Positions 49,773-58,462 of a DNA stretch of 62,448 nucleotides are shown in pieces; the stretch's first letter is position 1, and each line of letters starts with the position of its first letter. The translations under genes and the position numbers were made by a program. The notes beneath the pieces were generated by a model, which worked only from the letters and a program-made list of their open reading frames with translations, did no database searches and was not told the origin of the DNA. Source of the stretch: Coriobacteriales bacterium (GTDB lineage Bacteria > Actinomycetota > Coriobacteriia > Coriobacteriales > UBA8131); the NCBI GenBank assembly GCA_031268525.1, contig JAIRXA010000042.1, positions 1-62,448 on the forward strand, written 5' to 3'.

Positions 49773-50822
49773 CTATACACTTTTCAGGGGAACTGCTTTT
49801 GCCAGCTTTCGTTGTTTAGTAAGGATCTGGTCGAAATCATAGTCCTCAATATCAATTTCAACACAGAGCACTCCATTGATGACACGAGATTTACGTAATA
49901 GTTCTTCTGCGTCAAGCTTCATTTGTTCATAATACTTCTTCTGTTGAGAGGACAGACAACTAACAGGTACAACGACAACTCTTCTTGTCGAGATGTCATT
50001 TCCGAAGAGGTATTTATTGATGCAATCGTCAAACATTTCAAAACAAATCGATGCCGTTGCCATCATCAAAGTCACTACGGCAATAAAAATGACAGTCGCT
50101 GTCGAATTGAAGTTGTCTGAGAATACCTGAGATACAATTATCCAAAGCGCTCCGAAACCTGCAAGAACTTTAGATAGATAAGCAGTAAGCTTAATCCTTA
50201 CGGACGAATTTGCAAACTTGCATAAAATGCTAAAATATATTATGAACATAGAAATAAGTATGATAAAACTTACAAATATTATAATTATATTTATTATAAA
50301 TTTACTATCAAATGTATTTAAATATATTAAGAAACCCTCAAATACCCAAGCGATTACCACCATAATTAACAGCACGATCGACGCAATCAGTAAGGGTGAA
50401 ACCAGGATCACAGGAAAACTACCAAGCATCGATTCGATGGAACAATAATCCCTGAGACACATTTTTCTACAAGTGTGCAGAGGGCCAATTATATATGCAA
50501 CAAAGGCAAAAATTTCAAGAGTAGCATTAACGAAAATAAGAGCAGGACTTGGTGGATTGCACACAGTAATTACTATCGAGATAACAATGCAAATAGTGCC
50601 CATCAAGCTTAGAGCCATTACTATCCAAGTTTTGTTTCTTTTTTCGGACTTGCCTGCATATCCTTTCATGATTTCAAGTTGCTTTCTCCATCTTTTTGCG
50701 CAGAATCGAAAGCCGAGCTTCATATCGCTTCCATAATGCTGCCTTCCGCTCGAGAAAAAAAACGAGGAGTAATCGTCAAACTGGTTTGAAGTTTCATTCT
50801 GTTTCTTTTTGGATCTTTTCAC
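49773..50822 (-). CDS. Hypothetical polytopic membrane protein, very AT-rich gene
   Basis: 349 aa with a basic N-terminus, about 6 hydrophobic segments, and a charged ~90-aa C-terminal region. GTG start with ggaggt 5 nt upstream. No family recognised. Confidence 0.65.
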   Translation of the reverse strand: MKRSKKKQNETSNQFDDYSSFFFSSGRQHYGSDMKLGFRFCAKRWRKQLEIMKGYAGKSEKRNKTWIVMALSLMGTICIVISIVITVCNPPSPALIFVNATLEIFAFVAYIIGPLHTCRKMCLRDYCSIESMLGSFPVILVSPLLIASIVLLIMVVIAWVFEGFLIYLNTFDSKFIINIIIIFVSFIILISMFIIYFSILCKFANSSVRIKLTAYLSKVLAGFGALWIIVSQVFSDNFNSTATVIFIAVVTLMMATASICFEMFDDCINKYLFGNDISTRRVVVVPVSCLSSQQKKYYEQMKLDAEELLRKSRVINGVLCVEIDIEDYDFDQILTKQRKLAKAVPLKSV

Positions 50823-50853
50823 TTTTTACCTCCACACTACCAGTATGACTACC

Positions 50854-51309
50854 TTAATTCCGCCAATCTATCATCCATTTTTCGAGACTTCGTTCTGGCG
50901 TGCGATGGCCAAAGAGTAGAGTGTCATGTTCGGTCAAAGCTTGCACTGCAAGAAATCCCTGTAGGACAACATAAGCTGAAAGCCCATTCGATTTCTGGTC
51001 TACATCGTTGTAGATAAACTCACCCTTACGAAAGAAAGACGGTTTGCAGATTCCTTTGGAATTTGCTTTCTCTTGAGCGCAGATGGCATTTAGATAACAT
51101 ATTTGTTGCAGAGGGCACAGTGGTGAAGCTTTGCTTTCCGAAGTGTGTTGGTCGTGTAACTCATGTACTCCGCGCTCTATCATCCCCGTCACACCCTTCG
51201 GTTCTCTTGTGGGGAGCATTCTTAATGTCTGGATGTCATCCAGTGTATCAAATTCCTGCATTGTGCGTATCGACACTATTGCATTTTCCTGAAGACCGAT
51301 AATTTGCAA
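50854..51309 (-). CDS. Hypothetical protein, up to 151 aa (start uncertain: TTG 51309 or ATG 51261)
   Basis: The ORF lies 31 nt upstream of the membrane-protein gene on the same strand. No motif recognised; it could be a gene remnant. Confidence 0.4.
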   Translation of the reverse strand: MQIIGLQENAIVSIRTMQEFDTLDDIQTLRMLPTREPKGVTGMIERGVHELHDQHTSESKASPLCPLQQICYLNAICAQEKANSKGICKPSFFRKGEFIYNDVDQKSNGLSAYVVLQGFLAVQALTEHDTLLFGHRTPERSLEKWMIDWRN

Positions 51310-51413
51310 AGCTGAAACTTGTCTTAGAAATTCAGTCCACCGAGTTCAGCTCTATAGGGAAGGAGGAAGACGGCTTCCTCCTGCGGGCAACTAATGAATG
51401 GAGGATATTGCAC

Positions 51414-52124
51414 ATGAAACCGACGGAACGCGGGCAGAAAACAGTATACGTATCAGGGTCACCATCGACGGATCGCAAACTAAATAGACGTGACTTCCTG
51501 AGAATGGGAACAGCAGGCGCTGCGCTCTTGGCGACGGCAGGCGTTGTAGGCTGTGCTCCGCAATCAGAGCAGGTTGCGGATGGTGCTGTCACTTCTGGTG
51601 GCAAGATTCCAGAGACTTGGGATCGGGAAACTGAAATCCTCGTCGTCGGTGGCGGTGGTGGCGGCATGATTGCGGCCTGCAACAACTGGTACACCACAGC
51701 AACAGCACGAAGGCAAGAAGTTTCGATGCTTGAGTATGAAACCCTTGAAGAACTTGCCAAAGCCATGGAGGTACCCGCAGGCACTCTGAAAGCAGCCATA
51801 GATCGCTACAACAGTTTTGTGAGTGCAGGTTCCGACGAGGACTTCGGTCGGTTGCTCAGACAGGTAGAGCAACTTAATACGCCGCCGTTTCGCGCCATCC
51901 GCATGGCACCACGACATTATACGACCTATGGAGGCATAGCTATCGGTGCAGAATGCCATGTGCTCTCCCGTGACGACTCGCCCATCCCAGGACTGTATGC
52001 GGCGGGAACCTGTTGCGGCTCCAGCGTGGAACAGGAGGGTATCTACTATGAAGGTGGTGTTGGACAGACCCTGACCCAAGGCTGTATCTGCGCCGAAGTA
52101 GCAACCGCAGAACAGATGGGGTAG
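51414..52124 (+). pseudogene. Internally deleted paralog of the Tat-exported FAD-dependent reductase
   Basis: It keeps the Tat/lipobox signal (RRDFLRMGTAGAALLATAGVVGC) and the GxGxxG start (ILVVGGGGGGMIAA). It then joins directly to the C-terminal ~130 aa (LEELAKAMEVPAGTLKAAIDRYN...PGLYAAGT). About 300 aa of the middle are missing relative to 53689-55308. Confidence 0.75.
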
Positions 52125-52245
52125 AGAGTCGGGCGTGTCAGGGAGACACGTGTCAGCGCGTGTCAGGGTAAGTTGAATTCCATAATGATACACTGCAATA
52201 CATGCTCCCTGATTGGTATTGGACGTCGTTTCGGGGCTCATGCGC

Positions 52246-52284
52246 ACGAAAACAAACAGGCCAGAAGCTCATCAGCTTCTGACC
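52246..52284 (-). terminator. Intrinsic terminator after tRNA-Val
   Basis: Minus-strand hairpin ggtcagaagct/gatg/agcttctggcc, followed by tgtttgttttcg. Confidence 0.65.
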
Positions 52285-52296
52285 TGCGAAGATACA

Positions 52297-52372
52297 TGGT
52301 GCGCGATGTTGGATTTGAACCAACGACCCCTACCGTGTCAAGGTAGTGCTCATCCCCCTGAGCTAATCGCGC
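52297..52372 (-). tRNA. tRNA-Val (anticodon GAC)
   Basis: Reverse complement is GCGCGATTAGCTCAGGGGGATGAGCACTACCTTGACACGGTAGGGGTCGTTGGTTCAAATCCAACATCGCGCACCA. Clean cloverleaf with anticodon loop TTGACAC. Confidence 0.9.
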
Positions 52373-52562
52373 ATGAGGTCGCCTACAACAACACTGTAGA
52401 AGCGACGCGGGACAGTGTATCATAAAAGACCTTACCGAAAGGTGTCGCTTTCTTATCAGCTTACCAGTTTGCCCGTTTGCCCGTTTTGCCTTTTGCGTTT
52501 CTGTTCTGCCAGAATTGGCGCGAATATGCCTTTCTTGAGTAACGGGATTCTCGACAGAGGGA

Positions 52563-53564
52563 GTGGCCATGGCAACCAGACTTGAAGACTTACAGGATGT
52601 CGATGTGCTCGTCATGACGATTATCCGCGACGACTTGGACTTGCTCACCGATTTTCTTATTATCGAGTACGATCGTCAGTATCCTGATACGGCGGTCTCG
52701 CTTCTTACCAAACCAGAGCGACGACAGCTCATCCAAAAGGGCACCGACCGCGTCCTCCTCGCCTTTACCCTAAGCCCCGGGGAGTTGGCGCGTGAGGACA
52801 TGATTTACCCTCTCACCACGAGCCAGTCGCATACCTTACTCGATGACAGAATATTTCTAAGCAGTATCGATAATGACTTTTTCGTATTTGAAGTGTTTTT
52901 AAGTCATGTGCTGGAACGGATCGAGTCCGACGACACGCTGCAAAGACAGGTTATCCTCTCACTTTTTCGAGCATTTTCAGTGATGATGCGCGCTAATGTC
53001 ATCCGCCAACTTGATGGACTCGCGCTGAATATCGAGGAAATGAGTGCCGCAAAACGCTCCCAGGAGCAGCTTGCCTTTGCACGGCAGCTTCAAAAGCAAC
53101 TTACGCAGACAAGCACCGTGCTTACCAAAGAAATCGACGACTTTGGTAAGAAGCACGCAGAGCTGAACGGTGAGCTTGACTTTTTCACTGCGAAGATGAA
53201 GATGCTCACCAAAGACCTGTTCGAAGAAGCCTGTTTGGACATCAGCGAGCCAGAAAGACCAGTAGAACTGGTGGAGGCTTTATTGAACCCTGCCAAAATC
53301 CCCCAGAAAAGCGCACTGCCAAACAGAGATGCAGAGGAAGCAAGGCTTGTTGATGCTGGACTTACTGTACGCGAACAGCAGATCGCAGCCTTGGTTACCG
53401 AGGGCCTTTCCAATAAGGAGATCGCCTCACGCCTCCATATTACCGAGAGCACAGTCAAAAACCACCTACGTAAGATATTTGAACGCCTTGCTATTACCAA
53501 ACGTACACAACTGGCCGTGTTTGGTGCTTATCGCAAAGCCCTGGGGATCAAGCTGCCTTACTGA
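52563..53564 (+). CDS. LuxR-family transcriptional regulator (soluble N-terminal domain of unknown type)
   Basis: C-terminal HTH: LTVREQQIAALVTEGLSNKEIASRLHITESTVKNHLRKIFERL. GTG 52563 or ATG 52569 start. Confidence 0.85.
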   Translation: MAMATRLEDLQDVDVLVMTIIRDDLDLLTDFLIIEYDRQYPDTAVSLLTKPERRQLIQKGTDRVLLAFTLSPGELAREDMIYPLTTSQSHTLLDDRIFLSSIDNDFFVFEVFLSHVLERIESDDTLQRQVILSLFRAFSVMMRANVIRQLDGLALNIEEMSAAKRSQEQLAFARQLQKQLTQTSTVLTKEIDDFGKKHAELNGELDFFTAKMKMLTKDLFEEACLDISEPERPVELVEALLNPAKIPQKSALPNRDAEEARLVDAGLTVREQQIAALVTEGLSNKEIASRLHITESTVKNHLRKIFERLAITKRTQLAVFGAYRKALGIKLPY

Positions 53565-53688
53565 GTAGTACGAAAGTACTAAAACATCGGCAACTACAGC
53601 GTAAGAAACTGTACAACGGTGTCTGTTGACTCCCCGCTGTGACCGATAGCATTCTTCCTGTCTTATTCGTTGCAAAATAGGAGGAAGT

Positions 53689-55308
53689 ATGCAGGACAAA
53701 CAGCAGGGGGATTGGGTGAGCAGGCGGTCTTTCCTGGCAGGAGTTACCGGCATGGCGGCACTCGGTGTCGTTGGTGGGCTTACAGCCTGCGCACCGGCCA
53801 CAACAAATGCTGGCGGCTCGAACAACGAAACGGCTTCGGTGACGAGCGGAGGCGCGCTACCAGCAAACTGGGATCTGACGTGTGACATCTTGGTGATTGG
53901 CGGTGGCGGCAGTGGCCTTACCGCAGCAGCCAAGGCCGCAGAACTCGGGAACAAGGTCATCCTCGCCGAGAAGATGGAGCGCGTAGGCGGTGACACAGCA
54001 TTGTCGTCGCAGGTCGTGCAAGGGATATGGACACCCTCGTATGAAGAAGGCGACACGAAGGAAATCTATTTGGAGGATCTCAAACAAAGCCACTGGGCAA
54101 CCGAGAAGGGCGAGATGGGGGTGGCGCTGCCAAGCGAATTCCCTCTCACCAACGCCTGGCTCGACAACTGTCCAGAAATGTATGACTGGGCAGAAGCTGG
54201 GGGCATGAGCTGGAGTGCGGTAACTTCACCGTATGCCTGTTACTATCCGCAACCACAATGGGACACCAAGCACACCCGTCATTATGCGCCCGCCGGAGGT
54301 TCACTCATTACGGTACTGCAAAACATTGCCGAAGGGGCCGGGGTTGATATTCAGATTCGAACGCCCGTCATCGAACTTATAGCCAAGGACTCCGGGAGAG
54401 TCGTGGGAGCGTGGGCCCTGGATGCCAACGAACGGATTATCGCCATCAAGGCAACAAAAGCCCTTGTCCTTGCTACCGGTGGCTTTAACGCAGACAGGGG
54501 CATGATGAGTCGTTATCTGCCGCTTCAAGGTATGGGATTTTGCGGAGGAGGCGACGGCAACACCGGAGATGGGCACCTCTTTGTCAAGGCGCTGGGTGGT
54601 GCGCTCAATGATATGTCGCTTGGTTCGCATTGGATGGTATACGACGATGTATCGCCCTCGGTGCTCTATAACGGGGCTTCGATGATCTTTTACGGCGGCG
54701 CAGAAGGTCAGGCAGATGCCACTGATCTCCCCTTCCTGCTTATCAACATGAATGGCGAGCGATTCATGGCCGAGACGATGGGCTACAAATGGGTAGGCTA
54801 TCACACCAACAATCAGCCCTACCACCTCAATCATATCGTCTTTGATTCTGGGACAGTGTGCCAAAAATGGTTCGAGACGGCAACGACCCGCTACCCCGAT
54901 GTCAAATACTACAGTGCCGAAACTCTTGACGAATTGGCTCAGCAGATGCAGGTTCCGGCTGAGACACTCGCGACTACCATACAGCGCTATAACCAACTGG
55001 TTGATACGGGCGTTGATGAGGACTTCGGTCGCTCAATGCGCGGCGTGGGCAAATTGGAAACACCACCTTTCCGTGCGGTGCGGATGCGGCCACGCCATTA
55101 CACTACGTACGGAGGCGTTGGTATCGACACCTCCTGTCGTGTTCTCAAAGAGGACGGGTCGATCATTCCGGGACTCTATGCTGCGGGAACCGTCTGTGGC
55201 ACACTCGTCGAGCAGGAAGGTCTCTATTATCAGGGCGGCAACGGTCAGGCACTGACCTTTGGCTACCTGGCTGGTAAGACGGCAGCAACCGAAGAGTCGT
55301 GGGAGTAG
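53689..55308 (+). CDS. Tat-exported lipoprotein, FAD-dependent oxidoreductase of the fumarate-reductase/flavocytochrome flavoprotein family
   Basis: Twin-arginine signal SRRSFLAGVTGMAALGVVGGLTAC (lipobox Cys), ILVIGGGGSGLTAA dinucleotide motif, and C-terminal PGLYAAGT. RBS aggagga. Confidence 0.85.
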   Translation: MQDKQQGDWVSRRSFLAGVTGMAALGVVGGLTACAPATTNAGGSNNETASVTSGGALPANWDLTCDILVIGGGGSGLTAAAKAAELGNKVILAEKMERVGGDTALSSQVVQGIWTPSYEEGDTKEIYLEDLKQSHWATEKGEMGVALPSEFPLTNAWLDNCPEMYDWAEAGGMSWSAVTSPYACYYPQPQWDTKHTRHYAPAGGSLITVLQNIAEGAGVDIQIRTPVIELIAKDSGRVVGAWALDANERIIAIKATKALVLATGGFNADRGMMSRYLPLQGMGFCGGGDGNTGDGHLFVKALGGALNDMSLGSHWMVYDDVSPSVLYNGASMIFYGGAEGQADATDLPFLLINMNGERFMAETMGYKWVGYHTNNQPYHLNHIVFDSGTVCQKWFETATTRYPDVKYYSAETLDELAQQMQVPAETLATTIQRYNQLVDTGVDEDFGRSMRGVGKLETPPFRAVRMRPRHYTTYGGVGIDTSCRVLKEDGSIIPGLYAAGTVCGTLVEQEGLYYQGGNGQALTFGYLAGKTAATEESWE

Positions 55309-55335
55309 CATGCACTGCGAGACATAATCGAGCAG

Positions 55336-55369
55336 GCAGACAGGCGAGAACCCTCGCCTGTCTGCTTTT
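55336..55369 (+). terminator. Intrinsic terminator after the flavin reductase gene
   Basis: gcagacaggcgag / aacc / ctcgcctgtctgc, followed by tttt. Confidence 0.8.
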
Positions 55370-55423
55370 GGCCACTCACTGAACCATCATTCTGGCAGAC
55401 TATCCCAGTAGTTCTCATTTTCT

Positions 55424-55666
55424 CTAGTTCTTGCCTGATTTCAGGAAGTAGCGCACCAGGAGAATGGTACCGATAACCACTGCCACAACCAATACGACAG
55501 CGGCAATGAGAACAATGGGAGCGAATGCCGATTCCGCTGGGCTTGGCTCAATGACAATATCAGCACTTGGTCGTGGCTCGATGACAATATCTCCAAAGGC
55601 AACAGAGGGAAGAGCGAGTGACGCCGAGAGTACTCCTGCAAGAGCCAGGGATAGGTGCTTGAGCAT
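55424..55666 (-). CDS. Small secreted, C-terminally anchored protein with a tandem decapeptide repeat
   Basis: 80 aa: signal peptide MLKHLSLALAGVLSASLALPSVAFG, then DIVIEPRPSA/DIVIEPSPAE, then the TM IVLIAAVVLVVAVVIGTILLV. Confidence 0.55.
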   Translation of the reverse strand: MLKHLSLALAGVLSASLALPSVAFGDIVIEPRPSADIVIEPSPAESAFAPIVLIAAVVLVVAVVIGTILLVRYFLKSGKN

Positions 55667-55678
55667 TTGATATCCTCC

Positions 55679-56056
55679 CTACATCAGAAGTGAGAGCAAA
55701 ACGCCGAATCCACATGAAAGAGCATTGACAATAAAGGCAAAAAGGTAGGGCCTGACAAAGCCGCTGCCATACCGCTGATAATAATACCCCTCTACAGCTA
55801 TCGCAGATAGCTCAAGAACAATGAGAGCAAAGATCGGTGTGATGGGCAGGTAGGCCGCGGCAATCCAATAGAGGAGGACGACCACGGGATTGGTGATGAT
55901 GTTCACGCACAGGACCAGAATCAGGTCCTTGCGCGAGAACTGCTCTATGAGGGGCTTGTAGGAGAGGAGTCGCGCCACAAGAAGATAGAAGCCTGTTTCA
56001 AAAATGAGCGTCAGAAAAAGGGAGACCACCAGGGCAACGAATATGTTTGTTGTCAT
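55679..56056 (-). CDS. Hypothetical 4-TM membrane protein
   Basis: 125 aa, hydrophobic. 4-nt overlap with the upstream transporter-like gene. Confidence 0.55.
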   Translation of the reverse strand: MTTNIFVALVVSLFLTLIFETGFYLLVARLLSYKPLIEQFSRKDLILVLCVNIITNPVVVLLYWIAAAYLPITPIFALIVLELSAIAVEGYYYQRYGSGFVRPYLFAFIVNALSCGFGVLLSLLM

Positions 56057-57138
56057 CGTTTTGCTTTTCTCAGAGCATATACCAGTAATACCAGAGACAG
56101 GATTGAGAGAAGGGGGAATATTCCTGAAAAGCCTTCGGGAACGCCGACTCCCAGATGCACGGGCAGAAAGCCAAGAAACAGGCCGAAGGTCAGTAATCCA
56201 AACGAGAATCCCCGTGCGCCGGGAAATTCCTTCGCCATGGCCCAGAGTGTTATGGGCATCGTCATATTGAACGCAAAGACCGCCAGAAGGCCAGCGATGG
56301 GGAGAGGGGAAACGAGGAATAGGACTGCCGCAAGACCGAGGGACACCGAGGATACCTTGACTGGCCCAAAACGGTCAGCAAGGAAGCCGCCCGCTGTTTT
56401 TCCCAGTACCACGGCGCCGACCAGGAGGATTCCCCAGTGCCCCAGACTCTTCCAGGGGAAGTCCAACGAAAGTCCTACGAACGAACGTATGATAACCACC
56501 AAAAACAGGCAGACGGCTACCATGAGAAGCGGCGAGGATCCTGCTCTCCCGATCGATACCACAGCGTTATCCCGATATGCTCCGGGAAACAGTCTTCGCA
56601 CTGCAAGAAGCGCGCCAGCAGTAAGCATCAGGATACCGACAAGGGGGGAAACGGGCATGAGGGCAGCTCTGCCAACAAGAGCTCCCAGGAAAAGACCCAG
56701 AGCCCCCGGTGAGACGAATACACCGAGTGGACCACTCCTTCTCTCGCTGACATTCAACACATCTATTCCCCCGCCGAGGTGAAAGAGCGCATTCCCAAGC
56801 CCGAGTAAAATCACCACTGACACAGGGATCGGGCCCACACAGAAGGCCGTTGCGATCAAAAGGCATCCAATGCCTGCACAGAGAGCATTGCGATTCAGCC
56901 TGTCGGCAAGGAGTCCTAGGGGCATCTGCATTGCAAAGGCACAGAAATTGTAGAGGAGGATACAGAAAGCGACCTCGGTTGTACCGATAATCATGCGAAA
57001 TATCAGGAATGCACAGGCAAAGTCAACGAGAAAGTGAGCGACGGAGTAAACAGCGACCATTGGCCAGATCTTTTGCCGCGCATCAAGTGATACTGTTCGC
57101 ACAGATGGCTCCCTGCGGTTTTTAATCCCAGATTCCAA
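56053..57138 (-). CDS. MFS-like transporter (short, about 10-12 TM)
   Basis: PLGLLADRLNR and GGFLADRFGP resemble duplicated MFS motif A. 361 aa, polytopic. Confidence 0.65.
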   Translation of the reverse strand: MESGIKNRREPSVRTVSLDARQKIWPMVAVYSVAHFLVDFACAFLIFRMIIGTTEVAFCILLYNFCAFAMQMPLGLLADRLNRNALCAGIGCLLIATAFCVGPIPVSVVILLGLGNALFHLGGGIDVLNVSERRSGPLGVFVSPGALGLFLGALVGRAALMPVSPLVGILMLTAGALLAVRRLFPGAYRDNAVVSIGRAGSSPLLMVAVCLFLVVIIRSFVGLSLDFPWKSLGHWGILLVGAVVLGKTAGGFLADRFGPVKVSSVSLGLAAVLFLVSPLPIAGLLAVFAFNMTMPITLWAMAKEFPGARGFSFGLLTFGLFLGFLPVHLGVGVPEGFSGIFPLLSILSLVLLVYALRKAKR

Positions 57139-57174
57139 GAGGACAGATTCCTGAGCAGAGCCTTGATATCAACC

Positions 57175-57248
57175 TGGAGGCGACGACCGGATTCGAACCG
57201 GTGATGAAGGCTTTGCAGGCCTCTGCCTTACCACTTGGCCACGTCGCC
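57175..57248 (-). tRNA. tRNA-Cys (anticodon GCA)
   Basis: Reverse complement is GGCGACGTGGCCAAGTGGTAAGGCAGAGGCCTGCAAAGCCTTCATCACCGGTTCGAATCCGGTCGTCGCCTCCA. Anticodon loop CTGCAAA. Confidence 0.88.
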
Positions 57249-57257
57249 TTACAACAA

Positions 57258-57285
57258 CAGACCACGCGATGATGCGCGTGGTCTG
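57258..57285 (-). other. 11-bp hairpin in the tRNA-Gly/tRNA-Cys spacer
   Basis: cagaccacgcg / atgatg / cgcgtggtctg. On the minus strand it is followed by ttgttgt. Confidence 0.5.
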
Positions 57286-57294
57286 TCGATATCG

Positions 57295-57370
57295 TGGAGC
57301 GGACAACGGGACTCGAACCCGCGACCCCAACCTTGGCAAGGTTGTGCTCTACCAACTGAGCCATGTCCGC
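57295..57370 (-). tRNA. tRNA-Gly (anticodon GCC)
   Basis: Reverse complement is GCGGACATGGCTCAGTTGGTAGAGCACAACCTTGCCAAGGTTGGGGTCGCGGGTTCGAGTCCCGTTGTCCGCTCCA. Anticodon loop TTGCCAA. Confidence 0.9.
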
Positions 57371-57500
57371 ATTGCGCAAGGAAGTATTCTACTGAAATCC
57401 GCACGTATGAGCAAGTGCCAATCAGATGAAGGACCCACCAGAGACCCCCATGCGTCAGACAAACTACCGGGAAAACGCCCCTCTCCCCTACTATTCCCCG

Positions 57501-58304
57501 CTACTCGATGCGGATCTCCAAAGACAGGAAGTAGTCGTCGCCTGAGATGGAGGTAATGTCTACGAGCGAACCCCAAAATATCATCTTTCCCGTAATACGC
57601 AGGTCTTCACGCTGGATATAGTCTACGAGTTTCTCGATGGCCCGCGCTCGACCATTGTCGCGGTTTTGATAGACCACACAGACATACCTGCCCCGAGGTA
57701 GGACGAACTCCGCGTAGGGTGCGCCGGCGTCCTCGCCCGTCCCTACATGGATTCGCCCCGGACTGGTGAACTCCAGCGTCGAGGGATCGATGTCGCGAAG
57801 GAGGTAATAGGTAAAATCATAGTGGTTGCCTGCATCGACGATGCTGGCACGTGCTTTGATCAGCGCCTGTTCGATGTCTGCCGCACTATCCGGCTTGACA
57901 TAGATACGTCGCTCGCCCCGCTCTTCCACTGCAGGTTGATAGGTCACCAAATCCTCGCGTAAGGTAATCGCGTGCAGCTTCTTGGTGAGGAACTCCTTGC
58001 GCTTGTTCAACTCGTCGATTTCTGAATCGATCTCAGCGGACTGCTGCTTCAGAAAGGTGGTGAGCATCTCGGGGTCGTTGCCATGCGCGACATATTCCTT
58101 AATGGTTTTCAGGGGCAGACCCGTTGCCTTACCAAGACAACGAATCAAATCCAGCCGGAACATATCTTGAAGGGAATAATAGCGATAGTTGGTCTCGGGA
58201 TCCGTATAATGCGGCGTCACGAGCCCGATAGTCTCGTAGTACCTGATCGTTCGGATAGGCAGGCTCAACAGCTTGGAGACCTGCCCGATCATATAGAGCG
58301 CCAT
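57501..58304 (-). CDS. MerR-family regulator with GyrI-like effector-binding C-terminal domain
   Basis: MALYMIGQVSKLLSLPIRTIRYYETIGLVTP...YRYY is a MerR HTH. It is followed by a coiled-coil and a C-terminal domain of about 150 aa. Start trimmed from 58367. Confidence 0.8.
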   Translation of the reverse strand: MALYMIGQVSKLLSLPIRTIRYYETIGLVTPHYTDPETNYRYYSLQDMFRLDLIRCLGKATGLPLKTIKEYVAHGNDPEMLTTFLKQQSAEIDSEIDELNKRKEFLTKKLHAITLREDLVTYQPAVEERGERRIYVKPDSAADIEQALIKARASIVDAGNHYDFTYYLLRDIDPSTLEFTSPGRIHVGTGEDAGAPYAEFVLPRGRYVCVVYQNRDNGRARAIEKLVDYIQREDLRITGKMIFWGSLVDITSISGDDYFLSLEIRIE

Positions 58305-58462
58305 CGGGGAGATCCTTCTCTCAAACTCTCCAATAGAGACAGGGTTTATCTCCGAGTATTCAAGCATGTTTCAGCTGGAAACACAAGCAGGAAAGGGCAG
58401 CCCCAAGCCAGCCCTTTCCCGAACTTTTCCGATTCGCTTTTTGCCGCGCGCAAGGACTCTGC

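Larger units (their letters stand above)
48684..52296. mobile_element. Putative degraded tRNA-Val-associated integrated islet (3.6 kb, no integrase)
   Basis: It is bounded by intact tRNA-Val and a diverged direct copy of its 3' half. Cargo is a TA pair, a very AT-rich two-gene module and a deleted flavoprotein gene. No recombinase ORF is present. Confidence 0.5.

Noticed and set aside
50755-50762. A8 tract inside the AT-rich membrane-protein gene as a second phase-variation site
   Set aside because: The gene is intact as assembled (it encodes FFF), and the run is short for efficient slippage in an AT-rich gene where such runs are expected by chance.
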